Assembly (NCBI GenBank): GCA_963663235.2 | Contig: CAXXNO010000005.1 | Location: 1-64,000 of the forward strand | Length of the DNA: 64,000 nt | Source of the DNA: Dehalococcoidia bacterium | GTDB taxonomy: Bacteria > Chloroflexota > Dehalococcoidia > Bin125 | Direction: 5' to 3' | Shown: positions 21,103 to 32,243 of the stretch, in pieces | How the letters are laid out: the number at the start of each line of letters is the position of its first letter | How positions within the stretch are numbered: the first letter of the stretch is position 1 | The notes under the pieces: generated by a model | What the model was told of the DNA's origin: nothing | The model's database searches: none | The model's input: the letters and a program-made list of their open reading frames with translations, nothing else | Translations under genes and position numbers: made by a program

Positions 21103-21870
21103 TCAGGGCGCAGCGTACTTGGGGTCGCGACGTTCAGCGAAGGCCGCCGTCCCCTCGCGGGCGTCGTCGGAGTTGTGGACCGCGCGACTGTACTCCTGAT
21201 AGAGGCGCAAGCCCTGCTCGATAGGCAGGTCCGCGCCGCGCAACGCCAGTTCCTTGGTCATGCGCACCGCCATGGGGCCGTTGCGAGCGATGGCCGCGGC
21301 GATCTGGCTCGCCGTCGCCAGAAGATCGTCCCGCGGCACCACCCTGCTCACCAGACCAACCTGCAAGGCGCGGCTTGCGTCGATGAACTCGCCGGTCAGG
21401 AGCATTTCCATCGCCGTCGAGGTGGGGATCATTTGCGGCAGGCGCACCGCCCCGTAGCCGTGCAGAATGCCCCATTTGACCTCCGGACAACCGAAGCGGG
21501 CGTGCTCGGCGGCGATGCGGATGTCGCAGGCCAGGGCCAGCTCCAGCCCACCGGCCAGGCAATAGCCGTTGATGGCCGCGATCAGCGGCTTGCCACACTC
21601 CAGGCCGTGGTCGAAGCGATCGGCCCGGAAGGCGCGCCAGCCGCCGCCTCCCTCGCCGCTATCGTGCATGCGGACCAGATCGGCGCCGGCGGAGAAGGCG
21701 CGGGTGCCCGCGCCCGTGATGATCCCGACGCGTGCCTCATCGTCACGGTCGATGTCGATGAACGCCTGCGTGACCGCCGCGTACATCTCGACCGTCATGG
21801 CGTTCAGCTTCTCCGGGCGGTTCAGCGTCACGGTTACCACAGGACCATCGCGGGTGACTTCGATGTCCAC
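21103..21870 (-). CDS. Enoyl-CoA hydratase/isomerase
   Basis: LNRPEKLNA, AFSAGADL, KPLIAAINGYCLAGGLELALACD, FGCPEV; GTG start at 21870 after a GGAGG RBS. Confidence 0.95.
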   Translation of the reverse strand: MDIEVTRDGPVVTVTLNRPEKLNAMTVEMYAAVTQAFIDIDRDDEARVGIITGAGTRAFSAGADLVRMHDSGEGGGGWRAFRADRFDHGLECGKPLIAAINGYCLAGGLELALACDIRIAAEHARFGCPEVKWGILHGYGAVRLPQMIPTSTAMEMLLTGEFIDASRALQVGLVSRVVPRDDLLATASQIAAAIARNGPMAVRMTKELALRGADLPIEQGLRLYQEYSRAVHNSDDAREGTAAFAERRDPKYAAP

Positions 21871-21989
21871 TTGATGTCCTCCATGAGTGTGTGCCGAGTG
21901 GCTGGAGGCTAGCACCAAGGCGCAACCTGTCAACGCGGCCGAGGGTGAGGTAGGTTGCCGTGGAACCGCTGCGTACCAAAGGGGAGCGC

Positions 21990-22361
21990 ATGCCGTTCGA
22001 TGCGCGGCACGCTGTCGACCTGTTCTGCTACCTCACGACCACGGGCCGTGTGACTGGCAAGCCGCACGAGATTGAGATCTGGTTTGCGCTGCGCCACGGG
22101 ACGCTCTACATGCTCTCAGGCGGCGGCGATGGCGCGGACTGGGTCCAGAACCTGCGCAAGACGCCCGCCGTATGCATTCGCATCGCCGAGACGGCGACGT
22201 CGGGCATAGCGCGGGTGGTTGACGCGGGAACCGAGGAGGACGCGCTGGCGCGACGCCTGCTGCTGGCCAAGTACCAGCAGGGCTACGGGGGTGACCTGAG
22301 CGGATGGGGCCGCACAGCCTTGGCGGTCGCCGTCGATTTCGCAGCCGTCAGCGGCGACTAG
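21990..22361 (+). CDS. Deazaflavin (F420)-dependent nitroreductase family protein
   Basis: YLTTTGRVTGKPHEIEIWF, ADWVQNLRKTP. Confidence 0.85.
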   Translation: MPFDARHAVDLFCYLTTTGRVTGKPHEIEIWFALRHGTLYMLSGGGDGADWVQNLRKTPAVCIRIAETATSGIARVVDAGTEEDALARRLLLAKYQQGYGGDLSGWGRTALAVAVDFAAVSGD

Positions 22362-23707
22362 AGCCTGCCGAGCTCCCGCATCTCCAGGAACGACCTCTGG
22401 AAAGCGTCGATCGTCTGATCCACATCCGCGGGGGTGTGCGCCGTGGAAAGCAAGAAGAAGTGCACGCCCGGAATGAGGACGCCGTTCTTGAGCAGCACCG
22501 TGTAGAACTCCTGAGCCAGCTGGGTGATCTCCGGGGACGTCTGGACGTCGCGGGCGGAGCCGATGCGGCCGCGCTGGAACTGCAGGTAGAACATAGAGGC
22601 GGCGTTCATCAGCTGCACCGGGAACTCTTCCTCGAGCAAGAAGGTGTTGATGCCGTCGGCGAGGCGCTCGCCCTGCTCATGGAGATACGGGTAGATCTCC
22701 GGGTGCTCTTTCATGTAGGTCACGGCCGCGCAGCCCGCAACGGAAGCCAGCGGGTTCCCACCAAAAGTGCCGCCGGCGAAGATCGGCTGCCTGCCCGCCG
22801 GGTGGGCACCGTCGGATCGGAACACGTCCATCACGTCCGAGCGACCGGCCACCGCGCCGATCGGCATGCCCCCGCCCAGCGCCTTGCCGTAGGTGGCCAG
22901 GTCCGGCGTCACACCGAAGTACTCCTGCCCGCCGCCGTAGGCCAAGCGGAATCCGGTCACGACCTCATCCATCAGGAAGAGCACATCCGCCTCGCGGCAG
23001 ACCTCCGCCAGACCCTTGAGGAAATCACCGCAGTCGAGCCGTGGATTGCTGCTCTGCACCGGCTCGATCATCACCAGGGCCAGATCGTTCTTGCGCCGGC
23101 GGATGATGTCGAAGGCAGCCTCCTGGCGGTAGGGCAGCATGATCACCTGGTCGATGGTCTCGTGCGGGACGCCGCCGCCGCGTGGCACGGCGACGGGGGC
23201 GTCGCGCGGACTGTCGGGATCGGCGACCGCGAGGACGTAGTCGTGCGCGCCGTGGTAGCTGCCGTCGAAGAGGCCGATCTTCGTCTTGCCGCTGTAGGCG
23301 CGGGCGGCCCGGATGGCCCACATGGTCGCCTCGGTGCCGGAGTTGCCGAAGATCACCGCGTCGGCGCAAGGGGCCGCATCGACCACCAGCCGGGCGAGCT
23401 CCTCTTGATACCGATGCTGTAGCCCCCACTGGAGGCCGCGCGCCGCGCCTTCCTGTACCGCCGTGACCACCACGTCAGGCGCGTGACCGAGCACATGCGG
23501 GCCGTAGCCCATGGTCAGGTCGATGTACTCGTTACCGTCCACATCCCACACGCGCGAGCCCTTGGATTCCTCGACGAACAGGGGGTAGTGCATGGCGATG
23601 GAGCCGGCTAGCTCCATGGGGATCAGGCGCCGCGACGTCTCCGCCAGCGCCCCGGAACCCGGCGTCCGGCTTCGCAACTCGTCCCGAACGTCGTCGATGG
23701 TGACCAT
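22358..23707 (-). CDS. Class III aminotransferase (glutamate-1-semialdehyde aminomutase-like)
   Basis: WDVDGNEYID, NSGTEA, GSYHG, MDEVVTGFR, PDLATYGKALGGG (PLP lysine), GTFGGNP. Confidence 0.92.
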   Translation of the reverse strand: MVTIDDVRDELRSRTPGSGALAETSRRLIPMELAGSIAMHYPLFVEESKGSRVWDVDGNEYIDLTMGYGPHVLGHAPDVVVTAVQEGAARGLQWGLQHRYQEELARLVVDAAPCADAVIFGNSGTEATMWAIRAARAYSGKTKIGLFDGSYHGAHDYVLAVADPDSPRDAPVAVPRGGGVPHETIDQVIMLPYRQEAAFDIIRRRKNDLALVMIEPVQSSNPRLDCGDFLKGLAEVCREADVLFLMDEVVTGFRLAYGGGQEYFGVTPDLATYGKALGGGMPIGAVAGRSDVMDVFRSDGAHPAGRQPIFAGGTFGGNPLASVAGCAAVTYMKEHPEIYPYLHEQGERLADGINTFLLEEEFPVQLMNAASMFYLQFQRGRIGSARDVQTSPEITQLAQEFYTVLLKNGVLIPGVHFFLLSTAHTPADVDQTIDAFQRSFLEMRELGRL

Positions 23708-23797
23708 CTCACGCGCTCCTTGGAATATGCGTCCGCGGGGGGCAAGGATAGCCGTCGCCGGCGGCCGGGGCCAAGTGGCGTGATCTGTCTCCCGGCG

Positions 23798-25507
23798 TCA
23801 CTCGATGTGACGCTGCCGGCGCTGGACCATGGCCTGGCGGATCTCCGTCAGCGTCACGCCGTAGCGATGCAAGGTGGCGTGCGCGAGCTCCAGGCCGACC
23901 TCTTGCATCGGGTCCACGACCACATCGGCCCCGGCCGCCAGCACACGCGCCTGGCGCTCCGCGCCATCGGCGCGCGCCACGATGTGCAATCGCGGGTGCT
24001 CCTGCCGCGCGCGGCGCACCACCGACTCCGTCACCACCACATCCGGCACCGCGATGGCGAGCACCAGGGCGGTCTCCAGGGACGCGTCCTCCAGCGTGGA
24101 AGGGTTGGCGAGGTCGCCCCAGATGTAGGGCGTGTCTCCGCCGGCGAGATCGTCCGGGAAGTTCGGGTCGAAGTCGACCACTAAATAGCGAAAGCCGCGG
24201 CGCTTGAGCACCCGCGCCAGTTCGTGCCCGACCTCCCCGTAGCCGGCAATCACGGTGTGCCGCTGTAGTGCCTCACCGGATTGACCGACCTGCGGCTCGA
24301 ACGTCCACCGCGCTCGCACGAACGGGATCGTGAGCAAGCCGCGCTCGATCGCATCGTTGAGGCCGATCATGCCCGCCGACACCGCCATGCTCACCGCGCC
24401 GACCGCGATGATGACGCCGCCTGCCTCTTCGGCCGGCCCCTGGGACGCCGTCTCCGCCAGCAAGAAGGAAAACTCTCCGACCTGTCCCAGGATTAAGCCG
24501 ACGCGCAGCGCCCGGCTCGCATCGAAGTGGGCCCAACGAGCCAGCGCGAAGATCAGGAGCACCTTGCCGAGCGCCCCCCAGAGGAGAAGGGTCGTGAACA
24601 GTTGCCACTCGTCGCCGACGACCGAGAGATCCAAGAGCACGCCGATGCTGACGAAGAACGTGGCGGCGAACAGGTCGCGCAGCGGCACCAGTTCGTGCAG
24701 GGCCCGCGTGGCGTACGGGGACTGCGCCGTCGCCAAGCCGGCGAGGAAGGCGCCGAAGGCCAAGGAGAGGCCCACCGCGAAGCCGCCCAGCGCGACGCCG
24801 CTGGCCAGCGCGAAGGTCGCCATCAAGAAGAGCTCGCGCGAACGCGCCGCCAAAGCCTGCCGGAGGATCCAGGGGACCAAGAAGCGGCCGCCGATGAGGA
24901 CGGCGGCCACGAGTCCCACCCCCTTGCCGAGGGCGACGAGCGTGTCTTCAATGACCTCTCCGCCCGAGCCCTCCCCCAACTGCGGCAGGACCACCAAGAG
25001 CGGCACCGCGACCAGATCCTGCGCCAGCGCGATGCCAAGCGCCCACTGTCTATCCACGCGGCCTCGCTCGCGCCCCTGCGCGAGGATGCGCACCAGCAGT
25101 GCCGTGCTCGAGAAGGCCACGGCCCCGGCGACGAGCGTGGCGGCAGCGTCGCTCAGGCCGAACGTCTGCCCCAGCGCGAAGCCCCCAGCGCCCAGCACGC
25201 CGATCTGGATCACCGCCGCCGCGTACAGGCGGCCGCCCAAACGACGGAACTGCCGCAACGGGAACTCCAGACCGATCGTGAACAGCAGGAGTGCGATCCC
25301 CAGCTCCCCGATGAAGGTGACATCGCTGATGTCGCCGACCAGCCCGGCGGCGGAGGGCCCAACGATCAGCCCTCCGGCGATGTAGCCGACGATCAGCGGC
25401 GTCCGCAGCAGACTGGCCGCGAACCCGCCGACGACGGCGGCCGCCACGAGGATCACGAGCTCCCCCGCGACGTCGGTGCTGCCGGTGAGCGGGAGGAAAG
25501 GCATCAA
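23798..25507 (-). CDS. CPA2 (Kef-type) cation:proton antiporter with C-terminal TrkA-N domain
   Basis: LLLFTIGLEF, FSSTA, AQDL, GAFLAG, RDLFAATFFVSIG, QVGEFSF, HTVIAGYGEVG. Confidence 0.92.
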   Translation of the reverse strand: MMPFLPLTGSTDVAGELVILVAAAVVGGFAASLLRTPLIVGYIAGGLIVGPSAAGLVGDISDVTFIGELGIALLLFTIGLEFPLRQFRRLGGRLYAAAVIQIGVLGAGGFALGQTFGLSDAAATLVAGAVAFSSTALLVRILAQGRERGRVDRQWALGIALAQDLVAVPLLVVLPQLGEGSGGEVIEDTLVALGKGVGLVAAVLIGGRFLVPWILRQALAARSRELFLMATFALASGVALGGFAVGLSLAFGAFLAGLATAQSPYATRALHELVPLRDLFAATFFVSIGVLLDLSVVGDEWQLFTTLLLWGALGKVLLIFALARWAHFDASRALRVGLILGQVGEFSFLLAETASQGPAEEAGGVIIAVGAVSMAVSAGMIGLNDAIERGLLTIPFVRARWTFEPQVGQSGEALQRHTVIAGYGEVGHELARVLKRRGFRYLVVDFDPNFPDDLAGGDTPYIWGDLANPSTLEDASLETALVLAIAVPDVVVTESVVRRARQEHPRLHIVARADGAERQARVLAAGADVVVDPMQEVGLELAHATLHRYGVTLTEIRQAMVQRRQRHIE

Positions 25508-25716
25508 GGAACCGATCGTCCAGATAGCCCGCTACCGCAGGCGACGCTCATTGCAGTTGGGCACCCAACCCTCTGGACTGTAGTTTTCCTGCCGTCAGGT
25601 CGCTACACACTGCACGGCATCGACGGCGGGTGTGGCGGCAGCGATCCCCGTAAGATAGACGAACTCTCAGCGGGAGCTGCGCCGGCAGTTCGGCCTGGAG
25701 AGTCGAATGAGGACCG

Positions 25717-26805
25717 ATGATCGGGATCGCGGCGGGACTGGGCGCGTCGATCACGTGGGCGATCGCCAGCACGTTTCTGGGGTCGCAGACGGCGCGCATG
25801 GACACGATCTCGCTGATGGCGATGCGAGCCGTCTGGGGAACGCTGACGTTCACCGTCGCCCTGTTCGCCGTCGGGGCCCACACCGACCTCATCGACATGT
25901 CGTTCGACAGCATGTGGCAGTTGGCGGGAGCCGGTTTCCTGGCCTCCGGCACTGGCGATGCCCTCTACGCGGTGGCGTTCTTTCTTTTGGGGATGAGCCG
26001 CGCCTTCACCATCGTCACGGCGTTGAACGTGCTGCTCGCGTTCGCGCTCGCGTCGATCTTCCTGGGCGAGACGGCCACGTTGCCGGTCGGCCTCGGCGCC
26101 GGGTTAATCCTGATCGGCGTCTACCTGGTCGCGCTCTACGGCCAGCCGCGGGGCGGTGGCTCGCTGGCGATGGGCAGCGCCCCGAGCGAGGCAGGGCCCC
26201 GCTTCCGGCTTCGGCGCTCGCGCAAGCGGCAGGCGATCGCGGCCGGCGCGCCGCCGCCGGTCGAGGAGCCGGGGCACGGGCCTGCGGCCGCGCAGGCGCT
26301 CGCCCTGGCCTCGTCGCGACCGGCTGGAGCGGTCGCAGGACAGGATGGGCGCGGCCTGTGGCGCTGGATTTTGGCGAACCGGCAGGTCATCGGGGTGGTG
26401 GTCGCGGCCGCGGCCGGCCTCAACTGGGCCGGCGCCATCGTTTGGCTGCGCGGCGCCGGGGCGGACGTGGACCCCGTGGCGGCGGTCTTCGTGCGGATGC
26501 CCGCGGTCCTCGCGGTCTTCTGGATCACCGCCCTCGTTTGGCCCCGTTCAAGCATCCGCCGCCGCGAGATCGACCGGCAGAGCGTGATAGCGATGGCGGT
26601 CTTCGGCGTCGTCGGCATGGGGTTCGCCTCGCTGCTGATCATGGTGGCGATCCAGGAGATCGGCGCCGGGGAGGCGGTTTCCCTGCTGTCCACGGGGCCG
26701 CTTTTCGGCCTGCCGTTGGCGGTGATCTTCTTGCGGGAGCGGATCACCCGCTGGGCGATCGTCGGTACCGTGATTGCGGTGTCGGGCATCGTGCTGATCG
26801 CCTGA
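25717..26805 (+). CDS. DMT/EamA family transporter
   Basis: Two EamA halves (IFLGET; IFLRERITRWAIVG) separated by a long Arg/Ala/Pro-rich linker. Confidence 0.85.
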   Translation: MIGIAAGLGASITWAIASTFLGSQTARMDTISLMAMRAVWGTLTFTVALFAVGAHTDLIDMSFDSMWQLAGAGFLASGTGDALYAVAFFLLGMSRAFTIVTALNVLLAFALASIFLGETATLPVGLGAGLILIGVYLVALYGQPRGGGSLAMGSAPSEAGPRFRLRRSRKRQAIAAGAPPPVEEPGHGPAAAQALALASSRPAGAVAGQDGRGLWRWILANRQVIGVVVAAAAGLNWAGAIVWLRGAGADVDPVAAVFVRMPAVLAVFWITALVWPRSSIRRREIDRQSVIAMAVFGVVGMGFASLLIMVAIQEIGAGEAVSLLSTGPLFGLPLAVIFLRERITRWAIVGTVIAVSGIVLIA

Positions 26806-27057
26806 CGGTCGGGTGCCCGTGGCACGACCGTCCATCGGCTTCTGGTAGATGCGATCAGTCTTGTAGGCGGGCGCATCGACCTCGGCGAGCGTCGCGTTCG
26901 GCAGCCCGTTGTCCTCCAGCACCCAGCCCCGTCCCGCCCCTCGTAGCCCCGCCGCCGCCCACCCCCGTGAACCCCGCCGATCAGCGCAAATTCCAGACCC
27001 GCCAGAGGAGATCGATGAACGGCTCCGCATCGCGCCGGCCGTGGACCGGCCACACGA

Positions 27058-28884
27058 TCAACGTCCCCGCGATCCACTTCGCTTTCGTCGGCGGAGTGTC
27101 TGGCTCAATTCAACCTTGCGTGGCCGTACGATGCACGGCGTGACCTCGAGACACTCGTCCTCGCCGATGAACTCAAGCGCTTGTTCAAGCGAGAGCAGGC
27201 GTGGAGGAATGAGCTTCTCCGTCTCCTCCTTGGTGGAGGATCGCACGTTCGACTGCTTCTTCTCCTTGGTCGGATTCACATTCATATCGTCCGGGCGCGG
27301 GGCCTCCCCGATGATCATGCCCTCGTACACGGCGAGGCCGGGGCCGATGAACATGACGCCGCGCTCCTGCAAATTGAGCAGTGCGTAGGCATTGCTGGCT
27401 CCGCTGCGGTCGGCGACGAGGCTCCCGGTGGGACGGATTCGCAGGTCGCCGTGCCAAGGTTCGTACCCCTCGAAGACGTGGTGGAGAATTCCCGTTCCGC
27501 GCGTCTCCGTGAGGAAGGCCGTGTGGAAGCCGATCAGACCCCGCGCGGGGACAACGTATTCCGTTCGCACGCGGCCGCTGCCATGGTTGATCGTGCGCTG
27601 CAGGCGCCCCTTGCGGGGACCGAGGATCTGCGTGACCGCTCCCACGTACTCCTCCGGCACATCGACGGAGAGACGCTCCGCGGGCTCATAGAGCCGGCCG
27701 TCGGTTTCACGCGTCACGACATCGAGTTTTCCGACGGTCAACTCGAAGCCCTCGCGGCGCATCGTCTCGACCAACACGGCGAGCTGGAGTTCGCCGCGAC
27801 CCTGCACGGTCCAGGTATCGGGCCGCTCGGCGGGCAGGACGCGAATGGATACGTTGCCAACGGCCTCCGCGTCGAGGCGATTCTTTACCAATCGGCCGGT
27901 CAGCTCCGTGCCGTCCTGGCCGGCCAGCGGTGAGGTGTTGACGCCGATCGTCATCGCCAGACTGGGCTCGTCGATGTTGATGAGCGGCAACGGGATCGGG
28001 TTCTCTGCGTCCGCCAGGGTCTCGCCAATCGTGATGTCCGGGATTCCGGCGATTGCGATGATCTCCCCAGGGCCGGCTTGGTCAGCATCGATTCGCTCCA
28101 GCGCCTCGGTGACGAGCAGCTTAGTGATCTTGACGAGCTGCTGCGACCCATCGGTGCGGCAGCGCATGACCATCTGCCCCTTCCGGATTGTGCCCTCGTG
28201 AATACGGCAAAGTGCGATCCGCCCGAGATACGGGGAGGCATCCAAATTGGTCACAAACGCCTGTAGGTGGGAGCCCTCGGTAAACGTGGGTGCCGGAATC
28301 GATTCGAGCAGGACGTCGAAGAGGGGGCACAGGTCCGTGCCGGGTGTTACTTGATCAAGCGTTGCGGTGCCGGTGCGGGCATTGCAATAGACGATAGGAA
28401 AATTGATCTGCGACTCGTCGGCGTCGAGGTCGAAGAAAAGTTCGTAGACTTCGTCGACCACTTCTGCGATTCGCGCGTCGGGCCGGTCAATCTTGTTGAT
28501 CACGAGAACGATCGCGAGGCGCGATTCCAACGCCTTGCGCAGCACGAACCGCGTTTGCGGGAGCGGACCTTCGCTTGCGTCCACGAGCAGGAGCGCGCCG
28601 TCGACCATCGTCAGGCCACGTTCGACTTCGCCACCGAAGTCTACGTGGCCCGGCGTGTCCACGATGTTGATCTTGGTACCGCCGTAGTGAACCGCCGTGT
28701 TCTTGGCGAGGATGGTGATGCCTTTCTCGCGCTCCAGATCCATGGAGTCCATCACTCGTTCGGATACCTCTTGATGTGCGGCGAACGACCCCGACTGGCG
28801 CAGAATGGCGTCGATGAGCGTGGTCTTTCCGTGATCGACGTGAGCGATGATCGCCACGTTCCGCAGATCGTCGCGAGTAGGCAT
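27058..28884 (-). CDS. typA: Translational GTPase TypA/BipA
   Basis: [63 protein letters not shown]. Confidence 0.96.
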   Translation of the reverse strand: MPTRDDLRNVAIIAHVDHGKTTLIDAILRQSGSFAAHQEVSERVMDSMDLEREKGITILAKNTAVHYGGTKINIVDTPGHVDFGGEVERGLTMVDGALLLVDASEGPLPQTRFVLRKALESRLAIVLVINKIDRPDARIAEVVDEVYELFFDLDADESQINFPIVYCNARTGTATLDQVTPGTDLCPLFDVLLESIPAPTFTEGSHLQAFVTNLDASPYLGRIALCRIHEGTIRKGQMVMRCRTDGSQQLVKITKLLVTEALERIDADQAGPGEIIAIAGIPDITIGETLADAENPIPLPLINIDEPSLAMTIGVNTSPLAGQDGTELTGRLVKNRLDAEAVGNVSIRVLPAERPDTWTVQGRGELQLAVLVETMRREGFELTVGKLDVVTRETDGRLYEPAERLSVDVPEEYVGAVTQILGPRKGRLQRTINHGSGRVRTEYVVPARGLIGFHTAFLTETRGTGILHHVFEGYEPWHGDLRIRPTGSLVADRSGASNAYALLNLQERGVMFIGPGLAVYEGMIIGEAPRPDDMNVNPTKEKKQSNVRSSTKEETEKLIPPRLLSLEQALEFIGEDECLEVTPCIVRPRKVELSQTLRRRKRSGSRGR

Positions 28885-29018
28885 AAATATCGTTCCGGCC
28901 GCCCGATGGATGGAATTCGCCGCCGAGGGACAGTCCGTCAGCGCGATGCTGCTTTCAGCGTAGACGTTGAGCCGCGCCCGTTCTGCCTCCGCGGTCGCAG
29001 AGCAAGTGATCGGTGATG

Positions 29019-29190
29019 GTGTCGGGCCACACAATCCCATCGCATGAGGCGGCGCGCCGTTCGTCGCGATGATGGAGCCCGCCGAGCACCGGGACAGCCG
29101 TCACCGGGCCCTCGCGCTCCATCGGTCTCGGGCTGGCTGGCGGCTCGCGCGCCAGCTTTCGGTGCGGGCGGGTGGCATTGCAGACCGTGA
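29019..29190 (-). mobile_element. C-terminal remnant and right end of an integrase-core IS
   Basis: Minus strand reads NATRPHRKL...[21 protein letters not shown] (typical tail of these transposases), followed by CGATGGGATTGTGTGGCCCGACA, which resembles the right end of the 105-bp elements. Confidence 0.75.
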
Positions 29191-29193
29191 CGT

Positions 29194-29297
29194 CGCGGGG
29201 CGCAAAAGCACATCCGATCTGATCGGAGGCCTTGGTCCGAGCCGGAATCCGCGCTTCGGGCGTCCAAGTGCCGCGGATGGAGTTTTGTGGCTCCACA
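29194..29297 (+). mobile_element. ~105-bp MITE-like element, copy D
   Basis: CGCGGGGCGCAAAAGCACATCCG...GGGCGTCCAAGTGCCGCGGATGGAGTTTTGTGGCTCCACA; the 3' 40 nt are identical to copy B. Confidence 0.8.
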
Positions 29298-29334
29298 CGC
29301 GCTCCGACATGCGATCACGCCGAAAACAGAACGG

Positions 29335-29900
29335 ATGTATTACTCGTGCTCCACGACCTCGGAGGCGTGGTCGGTCTCAAGGCCGCCCTCGATCACCCGG
29401 AGCGCGCGCGGGCCCTCGTGGCCGTCAACACCTTCGCCTGGCCGCCGGACCAGTTCGGACTGCGGCTAATGCTGCGGATCATGGGCAGCGCGCCGCTGCG
29501 TGAGATCGACGCCTGGACGAACTTCCTGCCGCGCATGAGCGCGACACGGTTTGGCGTCGGCCGGCGTGCGTCGAAGGCGGGGCGCCGGGCGTTCTTGGGG
29601 GGCTTCCATCGGCGCTCCCCGCGTCGCTCGTTCCATCGCCTCATGCAAGACGTGCGCCGCGCAACTCCGCTGTTCGCCGAGGTGGAGCACGGACTGCGGA
29701 CCGAGTTGCGTGATCGGCCGCTGCTGACGGTCTTCGCCGCAGGGAATGATCCGTTCGGCTTCCAGGCTCGCTTCGGCTCTCTGGTCGCGGAGGTTCAGGA
29801 AGTCGTCGTACCGGGTCGGAGCCACTTCCCCATGTGCGACGATCCCGACGCGTTCGCCGATGCCGTCTCCCTTTGGTATGCGAGTCACGTTGCCGACTGA
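29335..29900 (+). pseudogene. 5'-truncated alpha/beta hydrolase (haloalkane dehalogenase-like)
   Basis: Begins at the nucleophile elbow HDLGG; VAVNTFAW and SHFPMCDDP are present; the N-terminal ~100 aa are replaced by IS/MITE sequence. Confidence 0.8.
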
Positions 29901-29979
29901 AGCCCGGCGTGCGCGCCGGCGGGCTCTCGACCCAGCCCGGCTGGCCATCAACGTTCCAGGTATAGAGTAAGACGTTGCA

Positions 29980-32184
29980 ATGATCGCCCCCCCCTCCACC
30001 GCATCGCTCGCGTCGAGCGCCGCCCGCCACCCGTGGCGCACGCTGGCCCTCTGGCTGGTCCTCATCCTCGTGGCCGGCTACTTCGCTTCTGGGCTGGGTG
30101 ACGTCACCGACGACGTGAACCGCAGCAGCAGCAAATCGTCTCGCGCGGACCTGCTGATCGAGCAAGAGATCCGGTCGATGGGGCCGGCTCTCGAGTTTGT
30201 CGTCGTCGAAGCTCCCGCCGATGCGGACCCCGCCGCGCTCGATGCAGAGGTGGACGCGCTGGCGCGGCGGTTGCGCCCGTTGCCTGCGGCGAGCCAAGTG
30301 CAGAGCCACGTCGATGGGCGTCCCGACCTGCTCGCCGCCGATGGCCGCACCGCGTTGATTCAGGTGGCGCTCGCCCCGGGTGACCCCGGCGATATCGCCT
30401 CCTCCGTTGTCGACACGGTCGCCGCGGCCAATGCAGACTCCGAGTTCCGCATCTCGATCGTGGGTGAGGGCAGCGTTGAGGGAGAGATCGCCCGGCTCAG
30501 TGAGGAGACGCTGCTGCGAGGCGAGATCATTGGGATCTCACTGGCGTTGGTCATCCTCTTGGTCGTGATGGGAACGGTCGTCGCCGCGATTCTGCCGATC
30601 CTGCTGTCGGTTTGCGCCATCGTCGTCGCGACGGGCGCCGCAGCCCTCGTCGGCGAGATCATGAATCTCAACGAAGTGGTTCAGAATATCATCGCGCTCA
30701 TCGGCCTCGCCGTCGGAATCGACTACTCCTTCTTCATCGTGCAGCGCTACCGCGAGGAACGGGACAAGGGACGCGACACGATCGCCGCAGTGACCGTGGC
30801 GGGCGCAACGGCGAATCGTACGGTCTTTTTCTCAGGCATCGCCGTCGCGATCGCGTTGGCGGGGATGTTCATTATCCCCTTCGACATCTTCCGCAGCCTG
30901 GCCGTGGGAGCGATCCTGGTTGTCGCCGCTGCCGTCGCCGCGGCCTTGACGCTCTTGCCTGCCGTACTGAGCGTGCTGGGCGGTCGCGTCGATCGGCTGC
31001 GAGTACCGGTCGTGGGCCGCAGGGCCTCCGCCGCGGGCGAGAGCCGCTTCTGGAGCGTGGTGATCAAGGCGGTCACGGCGCGGCCGGCGCTGAGTGTCCT
31101 GGTCACGGTCATCGCCCTCGGGGCCGTCGCTGGCTTCTACTTCAGCATCAATCTGGGCGCCAACGGGATCAACACCTTTCCCGAAGACAACGACTTCCGG
31201 CGTGCGCTGGCGATCGTCAATGGACAGTTTTCGGACGGCGTCACGAGTGCGGATATCGTCGTCGACGCCCGGGGCGCCGGCGTCGCCGACACCACGGACG
31301 CGATTGCGGCGCTGGAGGCCTCGCTCGAAGCCGACCCCGTCTTCGCGGAGCGCAGTATCCAGCGCAATGAACAGGGCGACCTGACGCTGATCCAAGCGAC
31401 GATGACCGTCGATCCGACGGCTGAAGCGGCCAAAGATGCGATTGGACGGCTGCGCGGTGCCTACGTCCTGGACGCGTTCGACTCGAGCCAGGCGGAGGTC
31501 CTGGTGGGCGGCGACGCGGCGGAGTTGGTCGACGCCGTGGGCATCGTCGATACCTATCTACCAATCGTGTTGAGCGTCGTCTTGGCGCTCAGCTTCCTCC
31601 TGCTGCTTCTTGTCTTCCGCTCTCTGATCGTGCCGATCAAGGCGATCCTGATGAACCTGCTCTCGGTCGGCGCCGCCTTCGGCCTGCTGGTGCTCGTCTT
31701 CCAGGAGGGCGTGGGCGCGAGCTTACTGGGCTTCCAGCGCAGCCCGCAGATCGAGTTTTGGATCCCGCTTTTCCTCTTTTCGATCCTCTTCGGCCTCTCG
31801 ATGGATTACCACGTCTTCATGCTGAGCCGGATCAAGGAGCGATTCGACCTCACGGGCGACAACTCCGACGCAGTGGGATTTGGGCTGCGCTCCACCGGTG
31901 CGATCATCACGGGCGCGGCGTTGATCATGGTGGCGGTCTTCGGCGGCTTCGCCGCGGGAGATCTAGTCTTCTTCCAGCAGTTGGGCTTCGGTCTCGCGGT
32001 CGCGATCATCCTCGATGCCACGATCGTCCGGCTCGTCCTGGTCCCGGCCGCGATGGAGCTGCTGGGCGACCGCAACTGGTACTTCCCGAGCTGGCTCGAG
32101 TGGCTGCCGCGGATCCAGATCGAGGGACGCGAAGCGTTCGCCGAGCCGTCGCCGGAGATACTGGCCGGGCCTGCAGGCGACTGA
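29980..32184 (+). CDS. MMPL/RND family transporter
   Basis: IGLAVGIDYSFFIVQRYREE, LFGLSMDYHVFMLSRIKE, IITGAALIM, LDATIVRLVLVPA. Confidence 0.95.
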   Translation: MIAPPSTASLASSAARHPWRTLALWLVLILVAGYFASGLGDVTDDVNRSSSKSSRADLLIEQEIRSMGPALEFVVVEAPADADPAALDAEVDALARRLRPLPAASQVQSHVDGRPDLLAADGRTALIQVALAPGDPGDIASSVVDTVAAANADSEFRISIVGEGSVEGEIARLSEETLLRGEIIGISLALVILLVVMGTVVAAILPILLSVCAIVVATGAAALVGEIMNLNEVVQNIIALIGLAVGIDYSFFIVQRYREERDKGRDTIAAVTVAGATANRTVFFSGIAVAIALAGMFIIPFDIFRSLAVGAILVVAAAVAAALTLLPAVLSVLGGRVDRLRVPVVGRRASAAGESRFWSVVIKAVTARPALSVLVTVIALGAVAGFYFSINLGANGINTFPEDNDFRRALAIVNGQFSDGVTSADIVVDARGAGVADTTDAIAALEASLEADPVFAERSIQRNEQGDLTLIQATMTVDPTAEAAKDAIGRLRGAYVLDAFDSSQAEVLVGGDAAELVDAVGIVDTYLPIVLSVVLALSFLLLLLVFRSLIVPIKAILMNLLSVGAAFGLLVLVFQEGVGASLLGFQRSPQIEFWIPLFLFSILFGLSMDYHVFMLSRIKERFDLTGDNSDAVGFGLRSTGAIITGAALIMVAVFGGFAAGDLVFFQQLGFGLAVAIILDATIVRLVLVPAAMELLGDRNWYFPSWLEWLPRIQIEGREAFAEPSPEILAGPAGD

Positions 32185-32243
32185 CTTGCCGCGCCCCCTT
32201 CGCTTGGTTTCGGCCGGGGGCGTTGCTGGCAGATCCAGCGGCC

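Noticed and set aside
22358-23707. Assigning the symbol hemL
   Set aside because: It lacks a clear HemL N-terminal GGVNSPVR motif and has no heme-pathway context; left as a class III aminotransferase.
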